A DNA stretch of 60,113 nucleotides, taken from the NCBI GenBank assembly GCA_050692435.1, contig JBOGVG010000263.1:1-60113 (forward strand), read 5' to 3'. The stretch is from Actinomycetota bacterium (GTDB taxonomy: Bacteria > Actinomycetota > UBA4738 > HRBIN12). Shown here one piece after another: positions 18,505-27,949 of the stretch; position 1 is the first letter of the stretch; each line of letters begins with the position of its first letter. The notes beneath the pieces were generated by a model that had not been told where the DNA came from, made no database searches, and saw nothing but the letters and a program-made list of their open reading frames with translations. A program made the position numbers and the translations under genes.

Positions 18505-18873
18505 GTGGACGACGCTTCGACCGACTACCGGGCTTCCCTCGGTCGCTCCGGTGAGGACGCCACCCTCGCGTTGTACGCGGGCCGGGGGTTCCGGACCGTG
18601 GCCCGGAACTGGCGGTGCTCCGTCGGCGAGATCGACCTCATCGTGGAGCGGCGGGGCCTGCTCGTGTTCTGCGAGGTGAAGGCGCGCTGGGGGAGCCGTT
18701 TCGGCGGCGGCCACGACGCGGTGACCTGGACGAAGCAACGGAAGCTCCGGCAGCTCGCCGATGCGTTCATGGCGACCGCGAGTGTTCGGCACACCACGGT
18801 CCGGTTCGACGTCGCGAGCGTGCACGCCGGACCCCGCGGGAACAGCGTCGAGCTGTTCGAGGACGCCTTCTGA
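18505..18873 (+). CDS. yraN: YraN family endonuclease (UPF0102)
   Basis: 122 aa. GEIDLIV...LVFCEVKAR core. Confidence 0.85.
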   Translation: MDDASTDYRASLGRSGEDATLALYAGRGFRTVARNWRCSVGEIDLIVERRGLLVFCEVKARWGSRFGGGHDAVTWTKQRKLRQLADAFMATASVRHTTVRFDVASVHAGPRGNSVELFEDAF

Positions 18874-18904
18874 TGTCACTGCCGCGCGCTAGGGTCGCGC
18901 GGTC

Positions 18905-20440
18905 GTGTACGGCAGGGTCATGGGGGTCACCGTGGTGGGGGTCCGCGGCCATCCCGTCGTGGTCGAGGCCCACATCGGGCGGGGGCTTCCTTCACTCACG
19001 CTGACCGGCCTCCCGGGCGCGGCCGTGCAGGACGCTCGGGACCGGATCCGCCCGGCGGTGGAGAGCTCCGGCCTGGAGTGGCCCCTCCGGCGGATCGTGG
19101 TGAACCTCTCGCCTGGGAACGTGCGGAAGGACGGGCCGGGCCTGGACCTGCCCATAGCCGTGAGCGTGCTGGCCGCCTCGGCTCAAGTGCCGGGTGACCG
19201 GCTGGCCCGGTTCGCGTTCGCCGGCGAGCTCTCGCTGAGGGGCTCCACCGTCTCGACGCCCGGCGTGCTGTCGGTGGCCATCGCGGCCGCAAGGGCGAGG
19301 CTCGAGGGCGTGATCGTTCCGGCCGCGAACGCGGGGGAAGCCGCACTGGTGGACGGCCTCCGCGTGGTCGGTGCGCCGACGCTCGCCGATGCCGTTGGGT
19401 TCCTGCGAGGAGCGTGGGACCCGCCCGTCGCCATGCCGGGCCAGGCGCAGCAGGCCCGGCACGGCCCGGTGGACTTCTCGGAGGTCCGCGGCCAGGCTCA
19501 GGCCCGGCGGGCCCTCGAGGTCGCCGCCGCCGGTGGTCACAACGTGTTGATGGTGGGTTCCCCGGGCGCGGGAAAGACCATGCTGGCTCGGCGGCTGGCC
19601 ACTATCCTGCCCGGCCTGTCCAGCGAGGAGGCGGTTGAGGTCACGCAGCTCCACTCGGTGGCGGGGCTGCTGGACGGGGCCGGCCTGGTCGCATCCCGCC
19701 CGTTCCGCTCGCCGCACCACTCCATCTCGCTGCCGGCCATGCTCGGCGGGGGGAGCGGATACGTGCGTCCGGGCGAGGTGTCGCTGGCTCACCACGGGGT
19801 CCTGTTCATGGACGAGCTCACCGAGTTCCGGCGCGATGCGATCGAAGCCCTCCGCCAGCCGCTCGAGGACGGTCGGGTCGTGGTCACGCGGATGGCCGGA
19901 ACGGTGGAGTTCCCGGCGCGGTTCACGCTCGTCGCGGCGGCTAACCCGTGCCCGTGCGGGTACGAGGGCGACCCCAAACGCCAGTGCCGGTGCCTCCCGC
20001 ACCGCATCCAGCTGTACCGTCAGAAGCTGTCGGGGCCCCTGCTCGACCGGATCGACATCCGCCTGATCGTGCCTCGGCTCTCGAAAAAGGAGCTCCTTGG
20101 CGAGAGCGCCGGCGAGCCCTCCGCGGCCATCCGGGAACGGGTGGAGGAGGCCAGGGCCCGGCAGCGGGACCGTTACGCGTCGCTCGGTTACCCGTGCAAT
20201 GCCCAGCTGCCTGGCCCGGTGGCCAGACGGGAGGCCAGGATGTCCCGAGGCGCGCATGAGGTCCTGGCTCGGGCCGTAGACGCGCTCGCGCTCACTGGCC
20301 GGGGCTTCGACCGCGCCCTGAAGGTAGCGCGGACCATCGCCGACCTGGCCTCGGCGGACGAGGTTTCCGCTGACCATGTGGCCGAGGCGCTCTCGTACCG
20401 AACGAGCCTGTCCGAGGGGAGCCTCGCTCGTGCCGGGTGA
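18905..20440 (+). CDS. yifB: YifB/ComM family Mg-chelatase-like AAA ATPase
   Basis: 511 aa. Lon-protease-like N-domain, Walker A GSPGAGKTMLARR, Walker B GVLFMDEL, and the CxC...C cluster AANPCPCGY. Confidence 0.92.
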   Translation: MYGRVMGVTVVGVRGHPVVVEAHIGRGLPSLTLTGLPGAAVQDARDRIRPAVESSGLEWPLRRIVVNLSPGNVRKDGPGLDLPIAVSVLAASAQVPGDRLARFAFAGELSLRGSTVSTPGVLSVAIAAARARLEGVIVPAANAGEAALVDGLRVVGAPTLADAVGFLRGAWDPPVAMPGQAQQARHGPVDFSEVRGQAQARRALEVAAAGGHNVLMVGSPGAGKTMLARRLATILPGLSSEEAVEVTQLHSVAGLLDGAGLVASRPFRSPHHSISLPAMLGGGSGYVRPGEVSLAHHGVLFMDELTEFRRDAIEALRQPLEDGRVVVTRMAGTVEFPARFTLVAAANPCPCGYEGDPKRQCRCLPHRIQLYRQKLSGPLLDRIDIRLIVPRLSKKELLGESAGEPSAAIRERVEEARARQRDRYASLGYPCNAQLPGPVARREARMSRGAHEVLARAVDALALTGRGFDRALKVARTIADLASADEVSADHVAEALSYRTSLSEGSLARAG

Positions 20441-21605
20441 GAAGCCCGCGGACGATCCCGATCCCGGCCCCTCTGGCGACGACGGTTCGGCGGATCAGGA
20501 CCGCCGCCCCACGACATGGCATCCCGGCTTCGCCGATGGTAGGTCGAACCGCCGGGCGCTCCTCGTGCTCACAGCGCTCCGCGGCATCACGCCGCGACAG
20601 TTGCTGGAGGTGGCCGACCGCGAGGGCTCGGCTTCGGCCTGCCTGGCAGCGGTGAAGGCCGGGCGGGCGGGGAGTATCGCCGATCGTGAGGTCGCGCGCG
20701 AGCTGGATCCCGCCGCCATCGAGGCCGCTGTCGCCGCCTGCGGCGCGCGCTTCGCCCCCCACGGAGCGGAGGCGTACCCGCCGCAGCTCGAGAACCTGAA
20801 GGACCCGCCCGCCGGGCTGTTCGTCAGGGGCCTTCCACTCCCCAGGCGAGACCGAACCGTGGCGGTGGTGGGGGCCCGCAACTGCTCGGACCTGGGGAGG
20901 GAGCTGGCCCTGACGATCGGACGGGACCTCGCGGCGGCGGAGATGTGTACGGTGAGCGGCGCTGCCAGGGGGATCGATGCCGCCGCGCACGAAGGGTCGC
21001 TCGAAGCGGGCGGCGACACGGTCGCGGTGCTCGGATGCGGCATCGACGTGGGATATCCGCGCGGCAGCCGGGCCCTGATCGCCCGGATCGCCGAGGTCGG
21101 CACGCTGGTGAGCGAGTACCCGCCGGGGGTGCCGCCGGAGCCGTTCCGGTTCCCCGCTAGGAACCGCATCGTGGCGGCGCTTGGGACGGCGCTGGTGGTG
21201 GTGGAAGGCGCGCAGGGCAGCGGCTCGATGATCTCAGCGGAGCACGCGCTCGACCTCGGCCGGGATGTATTCGCCGTCCCCGGGGCCATCACCAACCCCC
21301 TCGCATACGTGCCCCATGCCCTGATCCGCGAGGGCGCCACGCTGATCCGTGGGGTCGACGACTTGATGCGCGACCTGAAGCTCGACGGCGGTCCGGGTCT
21401 TTCGCGTCGGTGGCTCGACCTCACCCTGGCCGAGCAGGCCACGCTCGACCTGGTGACCGAACCCGTGCTCCCGGAGAAGGTCGGGCGGGGGCTGGGCCTG
21501 TCGGTGCCCGAGGTACTGCCGCTGCTGGTGAGCCTGGAGATGAAGGGCCTGGTGCGAAACGTCGGCGGGCGGTTCGAGCCCTGCTTGGACGCCAGGGCGA
21601 GGTAA
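20430..21605 (+). CDS. dprA: DNA-processing protein DprA
   Basis: Rossmann core VAVVGARNCSDLG...SGAARGIDAAAHEG...VVVEGAQGSGSMISAEHA. The start is either GTG 20430, which overlaps the yifB stop, or ATG 20376. Confidence 0.88.
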   Translation: MPGEKPADDPDPGPSGDDGSADQDRRPTTWHPGFADGRSNRRALLVLTALRGITPRQLLEVADREGSASACLAAVKAGRAGSIADREVARELDPAAIEAAVAACGARFAPHGAEAYPPQLENLKDPPAGLFVRGLPLPRRDRTVAVVGARNCSDLGRELALTIGRDLAAAEMCTVSGAARGIDAAAHEGSLEAGGDTVAVLGCGIDVGYPRGSRALIARIAEVGTLVSEYPPGVPPEPFRFPARNRIVAALGTALVVVEGAQGSGSMISAEHALDLGRDVFAVPGAITNPLAYVPHALIREGATLIRGVDDLMRDLKLDGGPGLSRRWLDLTLAEQATLDLVTEPVLPEKVGRGLGLSVPEVLPLLVSLEMKGLVRNVGGRFEPCLDARAR

Positions 21606-21607
21606 CC

Positions 21608-22969
21608 TCAGCCAAGCATCCGAAGCGCCTTCGGCACGCCGCTTCGAGCGACCAACCGGACGGGCACCCCGGCCCGGTCGAGGATGCTCGCCGCGATCGA
21701 GGCCCTGTGGCCCGAGGAGCAGGCGGCCAGCACCTCCCCGTGGCGCGGCAACTCGTCGAGCCGGCTCGGGAGGTCCGCCACGAACACGTGGGTGCTCCCG
21801 GGCAGGTGGCCCGTCTCCCACTCGGTGCGCTGCCGGACGTCCAGCACGCGATCCGCTCCGCTTCGGGCCGCGGCCACGACGTCGTCCACGGTCGCCACCG
21901 GATAGGACCGCACGTCGCGCCCCGAACCGCGCCACGCGTCGATCCCGCCCACCAGGTAGCCATCGAAGCGCTCGTACCCGATGCGGAACAGCTGCGCCGC
22001 CGCCTCGGCCACGGACTCCTGGGGCTCCGGCGGGACCAGCATGACGGGATCGCCGAACGGGACGAGCCACCCCACGTAGCTGCCGAAGGAATCGTCCAGG
22101 GGGATGTTCAGCGAGCCGGGGACGTGGGCGTCGGCGAACTCGGCCCCGCCGCGCCCGTCGATCATCCAAGCACCCTCGCCCAGGAGTGCGGCGGCCTCAT
22201 CAGGGACGAGCGGGGGCGGGAGGGGGATCTCACCGAACACGCGCGGCCCGGCCCGGTTGATCGGTGCCATGTGCGCGTAGTAGCGCGGATACGCGAGCAG
22301 TCCCGAGAGCTGCTCGCGAGCGAAGGCGTCCTCGTCGATATCGGTGAGAGTCGGGTTGGAGGCCCGCTCGCGGCCGATGGTCGACGTTCGATCCTGCTGG
22401 GGGGCCACGGTGGCGCAGAAGCTCCCCGCCCCATGCGTGGGCAAGACCTCCGTGTCGTCGGGGAGGCTCACGAAGCGGCGAAGGGACCGGTACTGGTCCC
22501 GGGTCAGCCGGTCGGTGAGCTCCGGGGCGAGCAGGTCTGTCCGCCCGGCGCTCCCCACGATGAGGCTCCCCCCCGTGAACACCGCCGCCGGCGACTCGGC
22601 CTCGTCCGCGAACACGGCGTAGGCCGTGTGCTCGGGCGTGTGCCCGGGCGTCTCCATCGCCACCAGCCTCAGCCCGCCCACGCGGAGCTCCCCGCCTTCG
22701 GCCAGGGGTGTGAACGAGAAGGCGTACCCGGCGCCGGCGGGGCCGGCGATCTCGGCCCCCGTGGCGGAGCGCACCTCGGCGGCGCCGGAGACGTAGTCGT
22801 TGTGGACATGGGTCTCGAGGACCAGGCGGACATCGGCCCCCCGGGTCGCGGCCGCCCGGAGCATGCCCTCCACGTCCCGCTGGGGGTCGATCAGCGCCGC
22901 CTCGCTCCCGGATGCGAGGAGGTAGCTGTTGTCACCCAGGCCCGGCGTCACGATGACCTCGAGCTCCAT
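21608..22969 (-). CDS. MBL-fold persulfide-dioxygenase-like protein fused to two rhodanese domains (CstB-like architecture)
   Basis: The ATG at 22969 (MELEVIV) is preceded by a GGGGGA SD. Metallo-beta-lactamase motif THVHNDYVSG. The middle rhodanese-like domain has no Cys. The C-terminal rhodanese carries the active-site loop CSSGHRAS. Confidence 0.8.
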   Translation of the reverse strand: MELEVIVTPGLGDNSYLLASGSEAALIDPQRDVEGMLRAAATRGADVRLVLETHVHNDYVSGAAEVRSATGAEIAGPAGAGYAFSFTPLAEGGELRVGGLRLVAMETPGHTPEHTAYAVFADEAESPAAVFTGGSLIVGSAGRTDLLAPELTDRLTRDQYRSLRRFVSLPDDTEVLPTHGAGSFCATVAPQQDRTSTIGRERASNPTLTDIDEDAFAREQLSGLLAYPRYYAHMAPINRAGPRVFGEIPLPPPLVPDEAAALLGEGAWMIDGRGGAEFADAHVPGSLNIPLDDSFGSYVGWLVPFGDPVMLVPPEPQESVAEAAAQLFRIGYERFDGYLVGGIDAWRGSGRDVRSYPVATVDDVVAAARSGADRVLDVRQRTEWETGHLPGSTHVFVADLPSRLDELPRHGEVLAACSSGHRASIAASILDRAGVPVRLVARSGVPKALRMLG

Positions 22970-23103
22970 GTCGTGTCCCCCGAACGTCCGCATCGCATCC
23001 TACGGCCGTTCGGGGGACAGATGCCCGACACCGTTCGTGGGAAGCTTGAATGCCCCATCGCCCGTTGATACAAGGCACCTGAGATATCGACCCGGAAGGA
23101 CGA

Positions 23104-24033
23104 ATGGCAGCGCTGGATCCTCCCCACCCCGAGGCCGGGCTGATCGACGGGTTCGCCGATCATCTCGCGCTCGAGCGGCACCTGTCGGCGAACACCGTCC
23201 TGGCGTACCGCCGCGACCTCCGCCAGCTCGCGGTGTTCTTGTCGCGCCAGCGGCGGTCGCTGGCCTCGGCGACCTACCCGTTGCTCCGCCGGTTCCTGGC
23301 GCAGCAAGTGACCCTGGGCTACGCACGGGCGTCGATCGCGCGACGAGTCGGCGCCATCCATACCTTCTACCGGTGGGCAGCGTCGCGAGGCTTCGTGGAC
23401 GCCGATCCCGCCGCCATGCTCGGCCGGCCGAAGGTGGTCAACCGCCTCCCGTCGGTGCTCCGGCCCTGGGAGGCCGCCGGCCTGATGGAAGCCCCCCAGT
23501 CTCCGCCGGAGGCCGAGGCGGCGGTCCGGGCGTTCGCCCTCCGGGATCGGGCCGTCCTGGAGCTCATGTACGGCTCTGGGCTCCGGGTCGGCGAGGTGAG
23601 CTCGCTCACACTCGACCGGGTCGATCCGGACCGGGGCCGCGTCGTTGTGATGGGGAAGGGGTCGAAGGAGCGTGAGGTCCCGCTTTCGGACTACGCCGTG
23701 GATGCCCTTCGCGCGTACCTCCGGGAGGGGCGGTCCCACGTGGGGGCCCCGGGTTCGTCGGCCGTGTTCTTCAACCGCAAGGGGAAGCCCCTGGGCGAAC
23801 GCGACATCCGCGCGCTTGTGCAACGATACGGGGGCAGGACGCTGTCCGGACGCCGTGTGACCCCGCACACGCTCAGGCATTCGTTCGCCACGCACCTGTT
23901 GGAGGGAGGAGCGGACATCCGCGCCGTCCAGGAACTTCTGGGTCACGCCAGTGTGGCCACCACCCAGCGCTACACCCACGTATCCCGGGCTCGACTGTTC
24001 GAGGCCTATCGCCGGAGCCATCCGAGGGCATGA
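23104..24033 (+). CDS. xerC: Tyrosine recombinase XerC
   Basis: 309 aa. [56 protein letters not shown] (R-H-R-Y catalytic set). Conserved position after dprA. Confidence 0.9.
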   Translation: MAALDPPHPEAGLIDGFADHLALERHLSANTVLAYRRDLRQLAVFLSRQRRSLASATYPLLRRFLAQQVTLGYARASIARRVGAIHTFYRWAASRGFVDADPAAMLGRPKVVNRLPSVLRPWEAAGLMEAPQSPPEAEAAVRAFALRDRAVLELMYGSGLRVGEVSSLTLDRVDPDRGRVVVMGKGSKEREVPLSDYAVDALRAYLREGRSHVGAPGSSAVFFNRKGKPLGERDIRALVQRYGGRTLSGRRVTPHTLRHSFATHLLEGGADIRAVQELLGHASVATTQRYTHVSRARLFEAYRRSHPRA

Positions 24034-24896
24034 TGGGGCGGCCGGCGAAGGCGACGAACGGGAAGGCGACCAACGGGGCGAAGTCCGCCAAGGGCGTTGG
24101 GCGCGCGGTCACGGTTGTCCCGGCGCCCCCCGTGCAGCCGGTCGACGAGCTCACCGCCCTGTGGCAGGAGTTCAAGCGAAGCCACGCCGCGGAGGCGAGA
24201 GAGCGCCTGATCCTTCACTATGCGCCGCTGGTTAAGTACGTGGCCAGCAGAGTGGCCACCGGGCTCCCCGCCAGCGTCGAGCAGGCCGACCTGGTCTCCT
24301 ACGGGATGTTCGGGCTGATCGACGCCCTGGAGAAGTTCGAGCCTGCCCGAGGGAACAAGTTCGAGACGTACGCGATCCCTCGCATCAAGGGGGCCATCAT
24401 CGACGAGCTCCGGGCCATGGACTGGGTCCCGCGCTCGGTTCGGTTCAAGGCCCGAGAGATCGAACGGACCTACAGCGACCTCGAGTCCATGCTGAAGCGC
24501 GCGCCAACCGAGAAAGAGGTGGCCGCGCGCCTCGGCTTCACCCTGACCGAGCTCCACGAGGTGATCAACCAGATCTCGTTCGTGTCGGTCCTGGCCCTGG
24601 ACGAGCTCCTGTCCGTGGGGAGCGACCGCGGCGAGCAGGTGTCGCTCCTCGACACGCTGGCCGACAAGGGGAGCGACGTCTCGATGGGGTTGGAGGGACA
24701 GGAGACGCGAGGTCTCCTCGCCGCCGCCATCAACTCCCTGTCCGAGCGGGAGAAGATCGTGGTGACCCTCTACTACTTCGAAGGGCTGACGCTCGCGGAG
24801 ATCGGCGAGATCCTGGGCGTGACCGAGTCCCGGGTGTGCCAGATCCACACCAAGGCGGTCAACCAGCTCCGCCTCCAGCTCGTCGAGACCGAGTAG
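24030..24896 (+). CDS. whiG: FliA/WhiG-family RNA polymerase sigma factor
   Basis: 288 aa. ATGATG overlap with the xerC stop. Region 2 [42 protein letters not shown], region 4 [24 protein letters not shown]. Streptomyces whiG lies in a similar neighbourhood near rpsB (from memory). Confidence 0.82.
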   Translation: MMGRPAKATNGKATNGAKSAKGVGRAVTVVPAPPVQPVDELTALWQEFKRSHAAEARERLILHYAPLVKYVASRVATGLPASVEQADLVSYGMFGLIDALEKFEPARGNKFETYAIPRIKGAIIDELRAMDWVPRSVRFKAREIERTYSDLESMLKRAPTEKEVAARLGFTLTELHEVINQISFVSVLALDELLSVGSDRGEQVSLLDTLADKGSDVSMGLEGQETRGLLAAAINSLSEREKIVVTLYYFEGLTLAEIGEILGVTESRVCQIHTKAVNQLRLQLVETE

Positions 24897-24987
24897 CGGG
24901 ACGAACCTCTTGACGGTGTGACGCTCCTCACTGCATCGCGCGCGGTCACCGGCTAGCCTTCGACGTCCGAAGATGCAAGGAGCTCCG

Positions 24988-25563
24988 ATGCCGCGTTGGA
25001 TGCGGCTGGTCCTCCCCCTTGCCATGGTGCTGATCGCCGTGGTGCTGATCGCCGTGGTGCTGATCGCGTCCGGCCCGGCTCGGGCCGGAGCCGCGGGCGT
25101 GCCCGGAGCCGCCGGAGCCGCCGGCGTGGCCGGAAACTGGACATGGCCCGTCGTCGGACCGGTCATCAGGAGCTTCGAACCACCCGAGACCTCGTTCGGC
25201 CCGGGGCACCGCGGGATCGACGTCGCCGCGCCGATCGGCACGCCGGTGCTCGCCCCGGCGCCGGGGAACGTGACCTTCGCCGGAGCGGTCGCGGGCGAGC
25301 TGTTCGTCACGGTGGACCACGGTGGCGGGCTGGTTTCGACGTACTCGTGGCTCTCCGCGATCCTGGTGCGAAAGGGTGACGTCGTCCGCGGGGGAGTCAC
25401 GCTGGCGCTCAGCGGTCCGGGCCACACCGGTGTGGTTCCACCGCACCTGCACTTCGGCGTGAAGCGGGACGGCTCGTACATCGACCCCTTGTCGGTGCTG
25501 TCGCCGCTCAACGTGGTGGGGCTGATCCGGCTCGCTCCCATCCTCGCCCCCGAGCAGACCTGA
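24988..25563 (+). CDS. M23 family metallopeptidase (secreted or membrane-anchored)
   Basis: HRGIDVAAPIGTPVLAPAPG and PHLHFGV zinc motifs, plus an N-terminal hydrophobic anchor. The ATG at 24988 has an AAGGAG SD ending 6 nt upstream; the ORF also opens at ATG 24973. Confidence 0.88.
   Translation: MPRWMRLVLPLAMVLIAVVLIAVVLIASGPARAGAAGVPGAAGAAGVAGNWTWPVVGPVIRSFEPPETSFGPGHRGIDVAAPIGTPVLAPAPGNVTFAGAVAGELFVTVDHGGGLVSTYSWLSAILVRKGDVVRGGVTLALSGPGHTGVVPPHLHFGVKRDGSYIDPLSVLSPLNVVGLIRLAPILAPEQT
25027..25068 (+). repeat. 15-nt in-frame tandem repeat, about 2.8 copies, inside the M23 peptidase signal/anchor segment
   Basis: GTGCTGATCGCCGTG occurs twice (25027-25056), followed by GTGCTGATCGCG. It encodes VLIAV VLIAV VLIA. 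A second imperfect GCCGGAGCC-type repeat follows at about 25085-25135. Confidence 0.8.
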
Positions 25564-25652
25564 GCCCTCACCACCGGTCCCGATGGCCCGCCTAGAATGG
25601 GCCGGCAGTTCGACGGAGGTTCGCCCACCTGCATCGGGATCCGATCCGCACG

Positions 25653-27008
25653 TTGCCGTTCGCCGCGCTCGTCGCGGTTGGCCTGGTCGTGGTGCTCGCC
25701 TGGCCGGTCCAGGGGCAGCAGGCCGCCCCGGTGTGGAGCCAATTCCAGGGCGGGCCCAGCCATGCCGGCGTGCTCGAGGATGGGCCGGAGCCCCCGTACC
25801 GACCCGCCTGGACGTTCCGCGTCTTGGGGGGAGCCCTGTCGGGCGCCGTGATCGTGGGCGACGTGGTCATCTCGGTCGGCCGGAGCGCCGTGTACGGGAT
25901 CGACCTCGCAACCGGGGAGCGACGATGGCAGCTCGTCCGGAACGGCGGTCCGATCTCCATGCCCGCGGTGGGCGTCACCGCCAACCGGCTGGTCCTCGCG
26001 TTCGTGGATGAGGCCGAGGGGGTCGGGGCGAGCCTGGTGGGTGTGGACCTCACCCACATGCGGGAGGTGTGGCGGACGCGGCTCGAGGCCACCAGCCGGA
26101 GCGGCGTGACCGTGGACGGAGCCACCGCGTTCATCGGAGACGACGACGGCAACATCTACGCCGTGAACCTAGCGACCGGCACCCTCCGGTGGACGGCGAA
26201 GGCCATCGGGGAGGTCCTCGCTCCGCCGGCGGTGTCGGACGGCATCGTCCACGTGTCCGCCATCGACTCGGACTCGCTGCGGGGGCAGCTGCTCGCGCTG
26301 GACGTGGGGACGGGGAGGAAGGCGTGGGAGTTCTCCCCGCAGGTGGGAGTCACCACCGTGTCCGGGCCCTCGGCGGGTGACGGGTCCGTCGTCGCGGGGT
26401 TCGAGGATCGGATGGTCCGGTCGTTCGTGGCCGACGGGGGCGAGGAGCGGTGGGGCGCGCTCACCATCTCCGTCCTCCCGCCGGCCACCGCTCCCGCGAT
26501 CCAGCCCGGCATCGTGTTCGTCGCGGACTTTCGCGGGGGGCTGTACCGGCTGAACTCCCGGACCGGCCACCGCGACTGGGACCACCAGAACAACGACCTG
26601 GTGGTCCGAAGCTCACCGGTGGTGTCCGGAGGGGCCGTCCTGCTCGGATTGGAAGACGGCCGGCTGGTGGCATTCGATATCTCCTCCGGGGACCTGGTCT
26701 GGCAGGGTGCGCCGAGTCCGGGGTCGATCGGCCCCATCGCCCTGTCCCCCGACGTGGTCGTCGCAGCGGTCGCCGCGAAGGGCGGGAGCCGGGCCGGGTT
26801 GGTCGCGTTCGAGCACGACCCCGAGGGAACGCTCGTCCGCGTCCCCTCGCCCACCGAGGTCGATCCGGCCAGGCTGTTCGGCAACTACGCCATCGCACTG
26901 GTGGTCACGACGCTCGCCCTGTTCGTTCCACTCCGGCTCCTGGCCCGGCGCCTCGGACCCCCAGCCTTCGCCGGGGAGGAAGAGGGAACGGAGGAGGACG
27001 CCGACTGA
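25653..27008 (+). CDS. PQQ-like beta-propeller repeat protein with signal peptide, C-terminal TM anchor and acidic tail
   Basis: 451 aa. Repeated GxxYAxDxxTGxxxW-type blades (GNIYAVNLATGTLRW, LLALDVGTGRKAWEF, LVAFDISSGDLVWQ) and a C-terminal hydrophobic segment. Start is TTG 25653, or CTG 25629, which has the better SD spacing. Confidence 0.8.
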   Translation: MPFAALVAVGLVVVLAWPVQGQQAAPVWSQFQGGPSHAGVLEDGPEPPYRPAWTFRVLGGALSGAVIVGDVVISVGRSAVYGIDLATGERRWQLVRNGGPISMPAVGVTANRLVLAFVDEAEGVGASLVGVDLTHMREVWRTRLEATSRSGVTVDGATAFIGDDDGNIYAVNLATGTLRWTAKAIGEVLAPPAVSDGIVHVSAIDSDSLRGQLLALDVGTGRKAWEFSPQVGVTTVSGPSAGDGSVVAGFEDRMVRSFVADGGEERWGALTISVLPPATAPAIQPGIVFVADFRGGLYRLNSRTGHRDWDHQNNDLVVRSSPVVSGGAVLLGLEDGRLVAFDISSGDLVWQGAPSPGSIGPIALSPDVVVAAVAAKGGSRAGLVAFEHDPEGTLVRVPSPTEVDPARLFGNYAIALVVTTLALFVPLRLLARRLGPPAFAGEEEGTEEDAD

Positions 27009-27949
27009 GCAAGAAGCGCCGGAAGGGGAAGGCCCGGTCCGGGTACCGGAGTAGCCCCCGTGCGCGGGAGGTCCGGGCGGCCCCGGCCCGTTCCGAGGTT
27101 CCGCCGCTCCTCGGATGGCTCTCGAGGGGAAGCGGCGACTCGGGGTGGCCGTCCATCCCCCGGTCCCTGGCCAGGGGAGCGCTCACGGTCGGCTCGTCCC
27201 CCGCCCTCCTCCTCGTGCCGTTCCTGTTCGTCTTCGCCGCCTGGGTTGCGCTGGTGACGCTGGGTCTTGAGGGCCCGGTGTTGCTGCTGGCGAACATGGC
27301 GGCGATGCCCCCGGTCGGGACGTTCTTCGATCTTGCCATCGGCGAGAGCATCTTCGGCCAGGCGAGTCTCGTGGCGCTCACGGTCACCGCCGGCCTCATC
27401 ATCGCCCGGTCGGCCTTCTTCGCCGTGGTGAGCGGGCTCATCGTGGAGGCCCTCGAGGGTGCCCCGTTCTCGTCGGCCGGGCTGCGCCGGGGGTCGCGCG
27501 CCATTCCCGCTCTGCTCGCAGTGAACGTCATCTCGTTCAGCGCGATCCTTGCCAGCAGGCTCGTCCTGCCGCTCCTCGGACCGCAGTTCGCGTTCCTCGG
27601 CTCGATCCTGGTCCTCGCGGCGGTCGTGTACTACCTCGCCGCCGCGCCGGCCGCGGCGATCCGGGAGGGGAGGGGAGTCCAGGAGACCCTTCGCCGGTCG
27701 GCTCGGGCCGCCGCGATGCCGGGAAGCCGGCATCTGATCCTGTCGGTGATCTATGTCTTCGTGGCCTACCCCCCGCTCATCCTGTTCACCCCGCACGGCA
27801 ATGAACTTTCCGTGAACCCCTTCCTGGCCACGTGGATCTACGCGCTGGTTGCGGCCTTCATCCACATGTCCTTCCTCGCCGCGTTCTGCTACCGCTGGAT
27901 GGCCATCGAGCCCGAGGTGCCCGCCCAGCCCGTGCCCCGCCGGCGCTGA
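27005..27949 (+). CDS. Hypothetical polytopic membrane protein (start codon uncertain)
   Basis: At least 5 hydrophobic segments from about 27200 onward, with high third-position GC. The first canonical start in frame is GTG 27215, inside TM1 and with no SD. CTG 27005 has a GAGGAGGA SD 6 nt upstream and would add a K/R-rich cytoplasmic N-terminus. Confidence 0.55.
   Translation: MSKKRRKGKARSGYRSSPRAREVRAAPARSEVPPLLGWLSRGSGDSGWPSIPRSLARGALTVGSSPALLLVPFLFVFAAWVALVTLGLEGPVLLLANMAAMPPVGTFFDLAIGESIFGQASLVALTVTAGLIIARSAFFAVVSGLIVEALEGAPFSSAGLRRGSRAIPALLAVNVISFSAILASRLVLPLLGPQFAFLGSILVLAAVVYYLAAAPAAAIREGRGVQETLRRSARAAAMPGSRHLILSVIYVFVAYPPLILFTPHGNELSVNPFLATWIYALVAAFIHMSFLAAFCYRWMAIEPEVPAQPVPRRR

Noticed and set aside
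18905-21605. ComM/YifB plus DprA as a natural-competence island
   Set aside because: This pair, preceded by rnhB-DUF2469-yraN, is core synteny in Actinomycetota regardless of competence. No pilus or DNA-uptake genes are present.
23104-24033. Tyrosine recombinase as a marker of an integrated mobile element
   Set aside because: It sits in the conserved dprA-xerC-(whiG)-rpsB chromosomal context. I found no flanking direct repeats, tRNA, excisionase or phage/plasmid genes. It is the housekeeping XerC.
24897-24987. Possible riboswitch (for example the c-di-AMP type often found upstream of cell-wall hydrolases) in front of the M23 peptidase
   Set aside because: The spacer is only about 90 nt, and I could not find the conserved helices. 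It is too short for that class.
25027-25140. Short tandem repeats as a possible CRISPR or minisatellite locus
   Set aside because: Only about 3 copies of 15 nt with no spacers, in-frame inside a coding signal/anchor segment. Not a CRISPR array.
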